Source: a virus
Length of the DNA stretch: 64,000 nucleotides
Strand: one strand, 5' to 3'
IMG/VR virus record: IMGVR_UViG_3300037087_000046
Location: 18,835-82,834 of that record
Within the stretch, counting starts at the first letter, position 1. Each line of letters begins with the position of its first letter. This document shows, piece after piece, positions 8,695 to 18,760 of this stretch. The notes beneath the pieces were generated by a model. That model ran no database searches. It saw only the letters and a program-made list of their open reading frames with translations, and was not told where the DNA came from. Both the position numbers and the translations under genes were made by a program.

Positions 8695-10534
8695 AATAAA
8701 AGTTCGAGTAGGTAATAGCCGTATTCCAATTCAAGTAGAAGAACGTGGCTCTCGCCTATTCCTTCATTTTGGGTACAACCCACAACTTATTAAGGAAGTA
8801 AAAGGACTTGCTGGGGCAAAATGGCACCCGGAAGAAAAAGAGTGGTCAATCACTAAAAACCAGCGGAATGATTTTCAACTACGATGGATGCAGTGGGCAG
8901 CATTGGATGCTTCCAATAGGGAACCTATTGGAAATCCCTTCCATCGTTATGACGAGGATGTTACTGGGTCATGGGAAACAACCCGGTCTTTGTATCAGCA
9001 TCAAAAGGATGCTGCCCTACACGTAGCACAGCGTAAGTATGGTATTCTGGCATCTGAGATGGGTTGTGGGAAGTCCTTGGTAGCGATTGACGTTGCGGAG
9101 AAGGTTAAACCAGCCAACGCGTGGTACGTAGGCCCACGGGCAGGCGTAAAGGCTTTCTCAAGAGAGTTGGTGAAGTGGGGCTGCACCGTACAGTTCAAGA
9201 TGATGACTTACGAGGGTCTAATCAAGGTTCTTAAAGATTGGGATGGTACCAATGTTCCTCAGTATGTTGTGTTTGATGAGAGCAGCCGAATTAAAATTGC
9301 CTCAGCACAGCGTAGTCAAGCAGCAAAGTATTTGGCAGATGCAGTCCGTGAGGCATGGGGTGATGAAGGTTATATTGTCCTTATGTCCGGTACACCTGCA
9401 CCTAAATCACCTGACGATTGGTGGCACCAATGTGAGGTTGCTTGTCCTGGGTTTATTAAGGAAAAGAACTCCAATGACCTTAGGGCACGCCTTAGTCTGA
9501 CGGAAGAACGAACAAGTATTTCTGGACAAACCTACAGGCACCTGATTACATGGCTGGATGATGAGACTAAGTGCGCCCTATGTGGGGCACACAAGGATGT
9601 ACATCCAGACGACCACCCGTTCAAACCATCCGTTAATGAGGTTAGTAAGTTGTATCGACGGTTGAATGGATTGGTGCTGGTACAGTTCAAGAGAGATTGT
9701 CTTGACCTTCCTGAGAAGACTTACGAGATTGTCCGTCTAACCCCTACACCAGAAATACTTCGTGCTGCAAAATTGGTTGAAGCAAAAGCCACAAGAGCAA
9801 TAGAGGCACTTACATGCCTTCGTGAATTGTCAGACGGATTTCAATATGCGTTTGAAGAAGTAGGAAACGAGCCGTGCCCAAGTTGTAAGGGAGAGGGTTC
9901 AAAACTATCTGAGTGTCCAGGGGAAGGAGTTATTACTTGTGATTATTGTTCAGGGGAAGGCACCGTGCCAAGATACACCCGCATCGTTGAAGAATTGGAG
10001 ACTCCGAAAGATCAAATCTTCCTTGACGAGTTGGACGCGCACCTTGATGGTGGCCGTCTGGTTGTATGGGGAGGATTTACTGGGACGCTTGACCGATTGG
10101 TTAAGATGGCTCACCAAAACGGATGGGCGACCCTCCGGGTGGATGGTAGAGGTTACGCGGGTGAATCTGAAAAAGGTGAAGTAATTGACTCAGATGTGTT
10201 GCTTGATGCAATGGATTTAAGCAACCCTAAGTATCAAGAACTTCTTGACATTTATCCCAGAGTATGTTTTATTGGTAATCCTCAAGCGGGTGGTATGGCT
10301 CTCACGCTAACCGCATCTCCTACCGCGTTGTTCTACTCAAACTCTTTCTCAGGAGAAGCACGTATCCAGGCTGAAGATCGTATCCACCGTGTTGGGATGG
10401 ATAAGAACCGAGGTTGTATTATCAAAGACATTGTTATGCTTCCAACTGACCAATTAGTGTTGGATAACCTGCTTAAAAAGAAGCGACTTCAGTCGCTTAC
10501 ACTGGGGAAGATTTTTAATGGAAACAGAGAATAA
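8687..10534 (+). CDS. SNF2-family helicase with HARP-like N-terminus and Zn-finger insertions
   Basis: EMGCGKS, DESS, SGTP, QAEDRIHRVG; two CxxCxGxG repeats inserted. Confidence 0.88.
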   Translation: MAEIKVRVGNSRIPIQVEERGSRLFLHFGYNPQLIKEVKGLAGAKWHPEEKEWSITKNQRNDFQLRWMQWAALDASNREPIGNPFHRYDEDVTGSWETTRSLYQHQKDAALHVAQRKYGILASEMGCGKSLVAIDVAEKVKPANAWYVGPRAGVKAFSRELVKWGCTVQFKMMTYEGLIKVLKDWDGTNVPQYVVFDESSRIKIASAQRSQAAKYLADAVREAWGDEGYIVLMSGTPAPKSPDDWWHQCEVACPGFIKEKNSNDLRARLSLTEERTSISGQTYRHLITWLDDETKCALCGAHKDVHPDDHPFKPSVNEVSKLYRRLNGLVLVQFKRDCLDLPEKTYEIVRLTPTPEILRAAKLVEAKATRAIEALTCLRELSDGFQYAFEEVGNEPCPSCKGEGSKLSECPGEGVITCDYCSGEGTVPRYTRIVEELETPKDQIFLDELDAHLDGGRLVVWGGFTGTLDRLVKMAHQNGWATLRVDGRGYAGESEKGEVIDSDVLLDAMDLSNPKYQELLDIYPRVCFIGNPQAGGMALTLTASPTALFYSNSFSGEARIQAEDRIHRVGMDKNRGCIIKDIVMLPTDQLVLDNLLKKKRLQSLTLGKIFNGNRE

Positions 10535-10900
10535 ATGCGGAGCATTTATGTGTCCCGTAGTGCAGACTGAAATAGCGCGTTCAGTTGGTAAGATTATTGA
10601 CGAAGAGATTATTAAGAAACTCATTGAACTACTGGGGAATGCAAATGCCAACAGAGAGTGAAATAATAGAATATGCCACTATCCACAATCAAGTTGAATT
10701 GGCTGAAGAAGTGTTTTCTCTAAAAGCAGAAAACAAGGAACTCCGTGAAGAACTTGAGAAGTATGAGGGGGACAACAAATGATTTATCTGATTATGGCAT
10801 TTGTTATTTGTTATGAGTGGTGGGTAATTTTGAAATACCAGACGGAAGCAACCCACTACAAAACACTGTATAACCAAGCAAGATTGGCACGGTACAAGAA

Positions 10901-11182
10901 TGAATGAACCAATTTATCACAATGCAGATGGGGATGTAATATCTGAACAGGATGACGAAGATATTGCTACCCAAAGGGAACTTCTGGGGGTGAAAGATGT
11001 TTGACCACTTAGTTAGACAGCCTGAAGTTGGGGGGTATTCGAGTGCTGATGGGAATGTATACAAGACCAATATATTTGACTACCCCAGAACAAGTGATGA
11101 AGCAAACCAAGTATCCCTACAGAATATCATTGACCGATTGGAACGGTTGGAACGAACATTGTTTGGGAGACAACATGACTGA
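10901..11182 (+). CDS. Hypothetical protein
   Basis: ORF 10997-11182 extends upstream to an ATG near 10901. Confidence 0.4.
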
Positions 11183-11270
11183 CGAAAAAGTAGAAATATT
11201 AGCCAAAATGGTGGTGTTATGTTGTCTGTTTATATGTTTTACATATTGCGCCACACACGGAGGTCATTAG

Positions 11271-11567
11271 ATGAAGTTTTTCATTGGAGTATGTATCCTA
11301 TTCGCGTTGCTCATAGGATGCACAGCCACACGGCAGATGACACTTTCCACACCTGATGGTGTCTCTGCAACTATGGTAGAAACAGCATCACTACCAATTA
11401 TTTACCCAGATGCTACCTTGTCCTGCACAGACGTTAAGTATGCAGACGGCACAACAAGTAGAACCATCACAGTTAAAACAAGCACTGAGTCCACTACGGC
11501 GCGTTGGTCTGCTACAACTGCAATCGCTATTGGGTTGGCTACAGTTCTTGTGGGTACAGGTCTATGA
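11271..11567 (+). CDS. Putative lipoprotein
   Basis: MKFFIGVCILFALLIGC lipobox; hydrophobic C-terminus; GGAGG RBS. Confidence 0.6.
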   Translation: MKFFIGVCILFALLIGCTATRQMTLSTPDGVSATMVETASLPIIYPDATLSCTDVKYADGTTSRTITVKTSTESTTARWSATTAIAIGLATVLVGTGL

Positions 11568-11995
11568 AATTTTGCAAGGCGGGCGTATTATTTTACCCGG
11601 ACTTGAAGGAAATTAGTCCGGGATGGTGGGAGTTACAGAAGGATTATACATTAGTGGTTGGTAAGGACCAAATAGATGTTCCAAAGGGATTCCAGTGTGA
11701 TTTAGCAAGCGTACCAAGCGGCCTTCAGTTCTGGTATGGAACACCAGGGTCTACACAGAATGCAGCAGCAGGTCTTTGCCATGATAAGTTGTATACTAAC
11801 CACATGTGTGTGGATATACCCATCACCCGAAAAGAAGCAGATGATATTTTGTACAACATCCTCGTCATGTTTGGGCATAGCCGATACACTGCCCTTAAAA
11901 TGTGGTTGGGTGTACGAATGTTTGGAGGAAGCCATTGGAAATCCCTATCTGCGAAATATACCGCCCGGATGAAATCAATGGGAGAGACCCAATAA
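11564..11995 (+). CDS. DUF1353-family protein
   Basis: VPKGFQCDLASVP...AAGLCHDKLY...RKEADDI...GVRMFG. Confidence 0.85.
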   Translation: MKFCKAGVLFYPDLKEISPGWWELQKDYTLVVGKDQIDVPKGFQCDLASVPSGLQFWYGTPGSTQNAAAGLCHDKLYTNHMCVDIPITRKEADDILYNILVMFGHSRYTALKMWLGVRMFGGSHWKSLSAKYTARMKSMGETQ

Positions 11996-12678
11996 CTCGT
12001 TTTGATGTTCAAGACATCATGGAGTCGATTGAACAGAATGGTGTTATTGAACCTGTAGTAGTCATGCCTATAACACCCGAATTTCGGGCGTTAAACGACA
12101 TAGCCGCCACCTACAAGTGGCGGCTTGTCTGTGGCTTCCGTAGAACCTTTGCATGTAACTTGTTTCACACAACTGTCAACGCGGTAATAAGCGAAACAGT
12201 TACAGATGAGACAGCGCGCGTTTTCAATGTAGTTGAAAATATTGAACGTAAGAATCTGAACATCCGGGAAGAATCAAAAGCAGTACAAACGCTCTTAGAC
12301 AATGGCTTCACCAAGGAAGAAATTGCTAAGAAGTTGACCCGCCATACATCATGGGTGGAATCCCGAAGTAGATTCACTGAGTTACCTGAAGAAGTCCAGG
12401 ACGATATACTCATTGGGATTATACCTCTTAATAGGATAGTTTCCCTTGCCAACACATATCAGAACAAGGGTGAAAAAGAACTACTGGCTAAGATTGAAAA
12501 GGTGATTGAAGCCCAGAACGCAAGGGAACAATGCACTCGCACTAAAAAAGAGATGTCGGACATGATGCTCAAGTTGCATTGTAAGTTTGGCCCGTCTATA
12601 ACGGATAAGGTTCTCAGTTGGGCGATGGGTGATTTGGGCACCGAGGCATTCAATATGTGGCTCAAGGAGCAGCAGTGA
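11935..12678 (+). CDS. Second ParB/Spo0J-like protein
   Basis: SIEQNGVIEPVVV...LVCGFRR...NVVENIERKNL then HTH; probable TTG start after GGAGG. Confidence 0.8.
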   Translation: MEIPICEIYRPDEINGRDPITRFDVQDIMESIEQNGVIEPVVVMPITPEFRALNDIAATYKWRLVCGFRRTFACNLFHTTVNAVISETVTDETARVFNVVENIERKNLNIREESKAVQTLLDNGFTKEEIAKKLTRHTSWVESRSRFTELPEEVQDDILIGIIPLNRIVSLANTYQNKGEKELLAKIEKVIEAQNAREQCTRTKKEMSDMMLKLHCKFGPSITDKVLSWAMGDLGTEAFNMWLKEQQ

Positions 12679-15032
12679 AAACTTATTTTCTCGACACAGA
12701 AACAGTTGGTCTAACAGGCCCGGCAATCCTCATTCAGTATGCCATTGATGATGGCCCGATTACCCTTCACGAAGTCTGGAAAGAACCAATCGGTAAGACT
12801 CTTGACCTGATTGAAGATGTGGCTAATAATGCCATTATTGGGTTTAATCTTTCATTTGACTGGTTTCAACTATATAAGTTGTATACCATGTTTTCGGATG
12901 AACCAAGAGATAATCCTCCTACGGAGGATTATTCCTATTGGGCAAAAAAAGAGATGGCTGGTAGAGACCATCCTAATTGCCTGAAACCTGCACATGTACT
13001 TGACCTTCTTCTACATGCCCGTAAAGGCCCGTATCAGTCCACAATGGATAGGTCTGACATCCGTATCAAGAAAGTACCGAAGGCTCTTGCTCAGTCCCTC
13101 TGTGATGAACTGTCAGAACGTATCCCCTTGAAGGATGTGTACTTTGCCCGTCGTAAAGACAAAACTGTTCGTTGGCAAGTATTTGAAACAAAAGAGATTG
13201 ACCCGGTTTCTGGTAAAGAAAAAGTTTGTGAAGATTTCCGGGACATCGTTCTGAAGTTCTCTCCTTCCAGCGCATTGAAGGCTCTTGCCGTAGATGCTCT
13301 TGGTCTGGACGTTACCAAGTTTGATGATATTAGCATCGGGCATCCTCTTGAACGCGGCTATGCCCCTTATGCGTTAGCGCCGTTTATTGCCAGTAAGAAA
13401 GAAGGTACTGTTGCGCCAATTGAGGAAGATTTAGATTGTATAGTATCGTCCGTGGACGATACTATCTCTTTGGATGACAATGACCCTAACGAGTCATTGA
13501 TTCCCGGTACAACCTATTACCCCTCACCAACTAACTGGTACGGCAAATGGCCCGAAGTAATCTCTAAGCACATTGAACATTGGGGCACACACAAGGAGGC
13601 AAGAGAGTATGCGGAGAATGACGTTGTATACACTCGTGGACTGTACCATTTTTTTAACAATCCTGTTCTTGATGACATTGATAGTGTTCTTGCTTGTATG
13701 GTGGCAACCGTCCGCTGGCGTGGTTTTAAAGTAAATATTGAAGCACTGAAGAAACTGAAAGAGTCCGCACAAGAACGTATCAGTGGGAAGTCTTTTAACT
13801 TTCAAGCAGCGGCTGAGGTTCGCAAGTATCTGCATGAAGTAATGTCCCCTATGGAACAAAAAATTATTGGGGGCAGCACTAAGTCAGAGGTACTTGAATC
13901 CATTGTGAAGTGGGGTGATACTGAAGCCTCTAAACGTGCTGCTGAAGTATTGGATGCCCGACATGCCAAAAAGGAAATTGAGATTTATGACAAACTTCTT
14001 CTTAGTGATAGGTTTCACGCTTCTCTCAATGTTATTGGGACACTTAGTGGGCGTATGTCTGGATCAGATGGACTCAACCCCCAAGGAATAAATCATGGTA
14101 AACACGTCAGAAGTTGTTTCCCATTAGCATGGGATGGTTTCCAATTGATTGGAGGGGACTTTGCATCCTTCGAGGTCTGTATCGCGGATGCTGTTTATAA
14201 TGACCCTGTTTTGCATGATGAGTTGCTTGCTGGTGGTAGCGTACATGCCCACTTTGGAACGTACATGTTTGATAAGTCCTATGAGGAGGTCTGTGCTACC
14301 AAATCGCTTCCGGGGGAACAGAATCTTTACTCCCGTGCTAAACAAGGAATCTTTGCCCTTCTGTATGGAGGAGAAGCCTTCACTATTTCCAAGAGATTAG
14401 GCGTTTCAGAGGCTAAAGCGGAAGACGGCTTCCAACAGTTCATTAAGAAGTACAAAGTCCTTGGAAACGCCCGTAAGGGCTATGCTGACCTGTTCTGTTC
14501 CATGAAGCAAACCGGGGAGATTGGTTCCCCCATCACTTGGGCTGAACCCGCTGATTATGTTGAGAGTAAGTTGGGACACAAACGATACTTCACACTGGAA
14601 AACAGCATCTGTAAGGTACTCTACAAACTGGCAGAGAAACCTCCTGCCGAATGGCTCAAGATGAAGATGAAGGTTACACGCCGCGATAGAGTACAAACAA
14701 CCAGTGGTGCAGCGCGTAGTGCTTTATTCGCTGCCGCGTTTGCTGTTCAAGCTTCTAACATGCGTGCTGGGGGCAACCACGTTATTCAGTCTACTGGTGC
14801 AGGGCTTACCAAACTCCTTCAGGGTAAAATCTGGGAGTTGCAACCAAGTGGTGCAGCACCCTGGGTCGTACAACCTCTTCAGATTCACGACGAAATCCTT
14901 TGCCCCACTTTACCTGAACGAGTTGAAGAAGCCAACAAAATCGTAGCAGACTTTATCCAAGAGTACCGGGCTATTGTGCCGCTTCTTGAAATCGAATGGA
15001 AGGACGACCTAAAGACATGGGCAGACAAATAG
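12675..15032 (+). CDS. polA: DNA polymerase family A with 3'-5' exonuclease
   Basis: DTET and FNLSFD exo motifs; TLSGRMS; motif A DFASFE, motif B RAKQGIFALLYG, motif C QIHDE. Confidence 0.92.
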   Translation: MKTYFLDTETVGLTGPAILIQYAIDDGPITLHEVWKEPIGKTLDLIEDVANNAIIGFNLSFDWFQLYKLYTMFSDEPRDNPPTEDYSYWAKKEMAGRDHPNCLKPAHVLDLLLHARKGPYQSTMDRSDIRIKKVPKALAQSLCDELSERIPLKDVYFARRKDKTVRWQVFETKEIDPVSGKEKVCEDFRDIVLKFSPSSALKALAVDALGLDVTKFDDISIGHPLERGYAPYALAPFIASKKEGTVAPIEEDLDCIVSSVDDTISLDDNDPNESLIPGTTYYPSPTNWYGKWPEVISKHIEHWGTHKEAREYAENDVVYTRGLYHFFNNPVLDDIDSVLACMVATVRWRGFKVNIEALKKLKESAQERISGKSFNFQAAAEVRKYLHEVMSPMEQKIIGGSTKSEVLESIVKWGDTEASKRAAEVLDARHAKKEIEIYDKLLLSDRFHASLNVIGTLSGRMSGSDGLNPQGINHGKHVRSCFPLAWDGFQLIGGDFASFEVCIADAVYNDPVLHDELLAGGSVHAHFGTYMFDKSYEEVCATKSLPGEQNLYSRAKQGIFALLYGGEAFTISKRLGVSEAKAEDGFQQFIKKYKVLGNARKGYADLFCSMKQTGEIGSPITWAEPADYVESKLGHKRYFTLENSICKVLYKLAEKPPAEWLKMKMKVTRRDRVQTTSGAARSALFAAAFAVQASNMRAGGNHVIQSTGAGLTKLLQGKIWELQPSGAAPWVVQPLQIHDEILCPTLPERVEEANKIVADFIQEYRAIVPLLEIEWKDDLKTWADK

Positions 15033-15367
15033 GTAAAGTGTGTTTAGGGTACACATACTACGTGGTTAAGGTGGAATCTACGGGGCAGGGTGGGGAATCC
15101 TACATGGGTGTAAATCCAACCATTTTAGTCAGATTAGAGGATGACTGGAATGGGGTAGTTTCTACCTGTTGGCATGAGATGATTGAACAACTATTTGTAC
15201 AGTATCATGTGCGATACCAAAAAATAGATGAGACCATTTCGTCCCCTTGTCAAGTTATGTTCCAATTTGACCATAACGTATTCACATCAATAGTGGATGA
15301 GGCGGCACGCGCCTTCAATGATATTGAGACACCACTTAGGAAGGCTTGGCAGAATGCTAAAAAATAG
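14996..15367 (+). CDS. Hypothetical protein (HExxE, metallopeptidase-like)
   Basis: TCWHEMIE; operon packing. Confidence 0.5.
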   Translation: MEGRPKDMGRQIGKVCLGYTYYVVKVESTGQGGESYMGVNPTILVRLEDDWNGVVSTCWHEMIEQLFVQYHVRYQKIDETISSPCQVMFQFDHNVFTSIVDEAARAFNDIETPLRKAWQNAKK

Positions 15368-15379
15368 AGAGGCGAATCA

Positions 15380-15646
15380 ATGGACTTAGTGAAAACTCTA
15401 AACGCGCAGATTAAAGAGTATCGGCGCATTCTTTATCGTATTGAACATGGTAAACCTTTAAGTGAAGAACAGCAAAACCAACTATATGGTTATCTACACC
15501 GACACGCTTACCGTTGGGTTGACCAACTGCTTGATGAAGTGAATAAAGTACAGCCTGACGAGATGTCGCTCAGCGCATTACGCTTAGCAAACAAACATCG
15601 CCCAGGCTACTCTACCATGACGCGGAAGGAATTACTGAATGCTTAA
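15380..15646 (+). CDS. Hypothetical protein
   Basis: RBS GAGG; C-terminal GYSTMTRKELL resembles a Rho-N motif. Confidence 0.55.
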   Translation: MDLVKTLNAQIKEYRRILYRIEHGKPLSEEQQNQLYGYLHRHAYRWVDQLLDEVNKVQPDEMSLSALRLANKHRPGYSTMTRKELLNA

Positions 15647-15857
15647 GGTGATGTACACTTATTTTTTGAGGGCAGGAATCAATATTAAGATTCCCAAATC
15701 ATTGACAAATGAGGAACAACAATGGGTAATGGGTATTTATAATGGTGCATATAAACAATACCACTTCATGTGGAACATGTTACCAGATAAACGTAAACGA
15801 GCCAGCGCGTTGTTCCGTGAAGTTGTTCTCAAGACGCTGCCGGAGTGTTTCAAGTGA
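15639..15857 (+). CDS. Hypothetical protein
   Basis: Coupled ORF. Confidence 0.5.
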   Translation: MLKVMYTYFLRAGINIKIPKSLTNEEQQWVMGIYNGAYKQYHFMWNMLPDKRKRASALFREVVLKTLPECFK

Positions 15858-16210
15858 AGCCTTTCAAACCAAGAACGAACCCGGAGGCTAAAATCCTTCA
15901 AGAAATAACAAAACGGTTAGTGCTTGAGGGATGGCTCGTGATGAGGACTAATGGGAACCAGTTCCAGCGGGGGTTTCCTGATCTATACGCCAGTCATAAA
16001 CGATATGGTCCGCGCTGGATCGAGGTTAAATTGCCAGGGATGATCGGGTCGAAGTTCACGCCAGCACAATTAGAATTTTTTCCAAAGATGCTGGAGAACG
16101 GAACGGATGTATGGATACTCACATCACCCGACGATTATAAATTATTGTTTCAGCCCCAAAACATGTCGTTTTATCTTGACAAGAAGCATTCTAACGTGTT
16201 AGACTATTAG
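15845..16210 (+). CDS. VRR-NUC / Holliday junction resolvase-like nuclease
   Basis: E...GFPDL...WIEVK...TPAQ. Confidence 0.85.
   Translation: MFQVKPFKPRTNPEAKILQEITKRLVLEGWLVMRTNGNQFQRGFPDLYASHKRYGPRWIEVKLPGMIGSKFTPAQLEFFPKMLENGTDVWILTSPDDYKLLFQPQNMSFYLDKKHSNVLDY
16176..16205 (+). promoter_or_regulatory. sigma70-type hairpin promoter
   Basis: TTGACA-18-TAGACT; TCTAAC-GT-GTTAGA. Confidence 0.75.
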
Positions 16211-16262
16211 CAGCAGTTTAATATGAACGGGGAACAATCAGAACTTATTTGTTTAGAGGGGG

Positions 16263-16846
16263 TTGTGCGTGAGTATTTCCAGCAGGTGTAAGCGGGGTAA
16301 TATTTCGGAGAGGGACAAATGGGGAAGATGCCAGTGTGAAGAGTGTAAGGAAGTTAGGGCTACCAAAAGTTTAAATTGGTACTATAAGAATAGAGAGAAA
16401 TATAGAGAGAAATCTATAGAGAGGGTACGGAAGTGGCAAAAGGAACATCCCGATAAAGTGATAGAATACAGTAGAAAACGGTATATTGAAAATCATGAGG
16501 TAATTAACGAATATACAAAAAATGGAACAAGGAACATCCTGATAGAGTAAAAGAAATTAGGATGAAACATAGAAAGAATAACCCCGGAGCCTCCAATGCA
16601 ATTACTGCTAAAAGACGGGCTACCCAATTACAACAAACACCCAAGTGGGCCGACTTGAGAAAAATAGAACAGTTTTATATTGAAGCAGCAAGATTAACAA
16701 AAGAAACAGGAATTCAACATCATGTAGACCACATAATGCCCCTACGCGGTAAATTTGTAAGCGGTTTACACGTTCACCAAAATCTACAAATTCTAACAGC
16801 ATCCGAAAATTGTTCAAAATCTAACCGAGTGGAGGGTTTAGGATGA
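16263..16846 (+). pseudogene. HNH homing endonuclease split by a frameshift at an A6 run (16517-16522)
   Basis: C-terminal HVDHIMPL...GLHVHQNLQIL...N..K.N; the -1 frame gives KKWNKEHPDRVKE, repeating upstream KWQKEHPDKV. Confidence 0.75.
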
Positions 16847-17175
16847 TACGCTTAATCTTGTTTGATGTGGACTGGTTATATCACAGTAGTGGGAAGTTTG
16901 ACTACACTAAGGTTGACTACAAAGATAGCGTCCCTATTGCCATCCTAACGCATCGTAACCCGGATTTTGAACGGTATTTAAGCAAACTGGGTATTGCGGT
17001 GTCCGTGTGCGAGAGGAATGAAATACCCTTCCACCTCCCCGCCACATTGTTTTATTATCTTGGCGTTGATTCCACCATAGACAGTGTTACCGTTTATTCT
17101 GGTGCAGAGTATGTCAAGCCACTTCTAACCGAGGTGAGAAAGTTCGTAGGAGTTGCCGATGCCAGAAAAAAATAG
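16843..17175 (+). CDS. Hypothetical protein
   Basis: GGAGG RBS; coupled. Confidence 0.55.
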   Translation: MIRLILFDVDWLYHSSGKFDYTKVDYKDSVPIAILTHRNPDFERYLSKLGIAVSVCERNEIPFHLPATLFYYLGVDSTIDSVTVYSGAEYVKPLLTEVRKFVGVADARKK

Positions 17176-17608
17176 TACAGCAGAATCAGTATTTGCAAAA
17201 TACGAAGGACTGGTGTATGCGCAGAAATTGGCTCGGCGGAGCGAAGACCTCCGAAGTGAAGCAACTCTTGCCCTTTGGTTAGCAGCGTTAAATATTGCCA
17301 AGGGCAATATTTCCAAAGAGCACGAACTGCCATACATATTGTCGTGTGTCAACAAGGGGATGTTGAAATACGCTATAGCGAACTCCTCCCTACGGCTTGA
17401 GAGGGAAGGCAGGGATGAACGAACATCATTGTCCGTGTATACGGACAATCAGTTTGTTAATGAAACCTTTGACAATTATCGCCATAGGGAAGTGGCACAC
17501 TTGCTTCTGGATGGGTATTCAACAACCCAAATAAGTAAAATATTGCATATCTCACCACAAGCAACTCGCTTGCGTATCCGTGGAATAAAGGAGGTGCTCC
17601 GTGGATGA
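17159..17608 (+). CDS. Phage sigma70/ECF-like sigma factor
   Basis: Region 2-like EDLRSEATLALWLAA...YILSCV; region 4 HTH LLLDGYSTTQISKILHIS. Confidence 0.7.
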   Translation: MPEKNSTAESVFAKYEGLVYAQKLARRSEDLRSEATLALWLAALNIAKGNISKEHELPYILSCVNKGMLKYAIANSSLRLEREGRDERTSLSVYTDNQFVNETFDNYRHREVAHLLLDGYSTTQISKILHISPQATRLRIRGIKEVLRG

Positions 17609-17837
17609 CTTCTTTACCCCGGAACTTGTTAATTATTTACTCTCTATCAAGGCGTTAAATAGCATACTTCTCAGTGACGACATCTGCTTCTGTAATGACA
17701 AACAGTGCCCAAAGCATGAGACATGCCGTAGGTGGATTGGTAACTACAAGGGAACTAATCAGTATCTGTCTATGACTGAGACTCTAAGAGAGGGAACCAC
17801 ATGCGATGCTTGGTTGGCTGTGAATTTTCAGGAGTAG
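17601..17837 (+). CDS. Small Cys-rich hypothetical protein
   Basis: DICFCNDKQCPKHETCRR; GGAGG RBS. Confidence 0.55.
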   Translation: MDDFFTPELVNYLLSIKALNSILLSDDICFCNDKQCPKHETCRRWIGNYKGTNQYLSMTETLREGTTCDAWLAVNFQE

Positions 17838-18101
17838 TGCGAGATGCGTTTGCAGCAAAAGGATGGGATGCCTGGTCTTGTGATTTACTTCCTTCTGATA
17901 GACCGGGTAATCATTTTGAAAAGATTGCCTTAGAGAACCCCGTAGGTATCCTAAGCAGTATCATTCGCAAGCCTGACCAGGTTATCCAGCCGTGGTAGAG
18001 AAGAGCGTATACATAAACTACCACCCAGTGCAGACAGATGGAAACTACGTAGCATAACTTACCACGGAATCGCAGAAGGGATGGCTGAACAATGGACATA
18101 A
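17801..18101 (+). pseudogene. DNA cytosine methyltransferase remnant with two internal deletions
   Basis: CEFSGVVRDAF...SCDLLP, IALENPVG...KPDQVIQPW, then in another frame RIHKLPPSADRWKLRSITYHGIAEGMAEQW; catalytic PPC segment missing. Confidence 0.75.
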
Positions 18102-18403
18102 AAGACTGGCTACAGAGTGATGATGTAGAATATAAGGGCATGAGAAAACTTAAGTCAAAGCATATTATTTTATTTCCGTATTTAGGTGGATTGGACTTGC
18201 TGCGTGAGTTGAAACGGCATGTATATCCTGATTGGAGTATAATCCGCTGTTATGACACAACCCCAAATCACACCAAGAACCTAATTGAATACAGAGATCG
18301 TATTTTCTCCTTGAACGCTCGAAAAGATTTGGTAAAGTTGCTTGGGGTGTGCCGCGAGATGGTATCTTACAGTAAGGTTTTCGCCTTGGGGTGGGATAGA
18401 TAA
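18092..18403 (+). CDS. Hypothetical protein
   Basis: Operon packing. Confidence 0.5.
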   Translation: MDIKDWLQSDDVEYKGMRKLKSKHIILFPYLGGLDLLRELKRHVYPDWSIIRCYDTTPNHTKNLIEYRDRIFSLNARKDLVKLLGVCREMVSYSKVFALGWDR

Positions 18404-18677
18404 ATTGCGATATGAAGCCAACAAAATATATGATAGTATGGGGAATGTGTTTGACTCAAATATGTATCAACAGGCACGGGAGTATTTTAATAGCGTGCTA
18501 TTAAAAGAGCACTGTGAGGAACTTGGTGTAGACCCTGAAGAACTTTTGTTGGAATACCGAGAAGCCGTAGCGGCACGTAAGGAACCAGGAGCCAAACGTA
18601 GAGCATTAGCGTCGGCATTGCTATTGAAGATTGCTCGCAAACGAGAGCACCTCGTGCGTTACGAAAGGGCTGACTAA
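18390..18677 (+). CDS. Hypothetical protein (start uncertain)
   Basis: Operon packing. Confidence 0.45.
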   Translation, partial: GGIDKLRYEANKIYDSMGNVFDSNMYQQAREYFNSVLLKEHCEELGVDPEELLLEYREAVAARKEPGAKRRALASALLLKIARKREHLVRYERAD

Positions 18678-18760
18678 TGCTGACTATTAAAATCAGGACT
18701 GACTCAGATGGTAAATGAATGCCGGGGACACTTGTTGTTATTATAGAGAAAGAGGAAATA

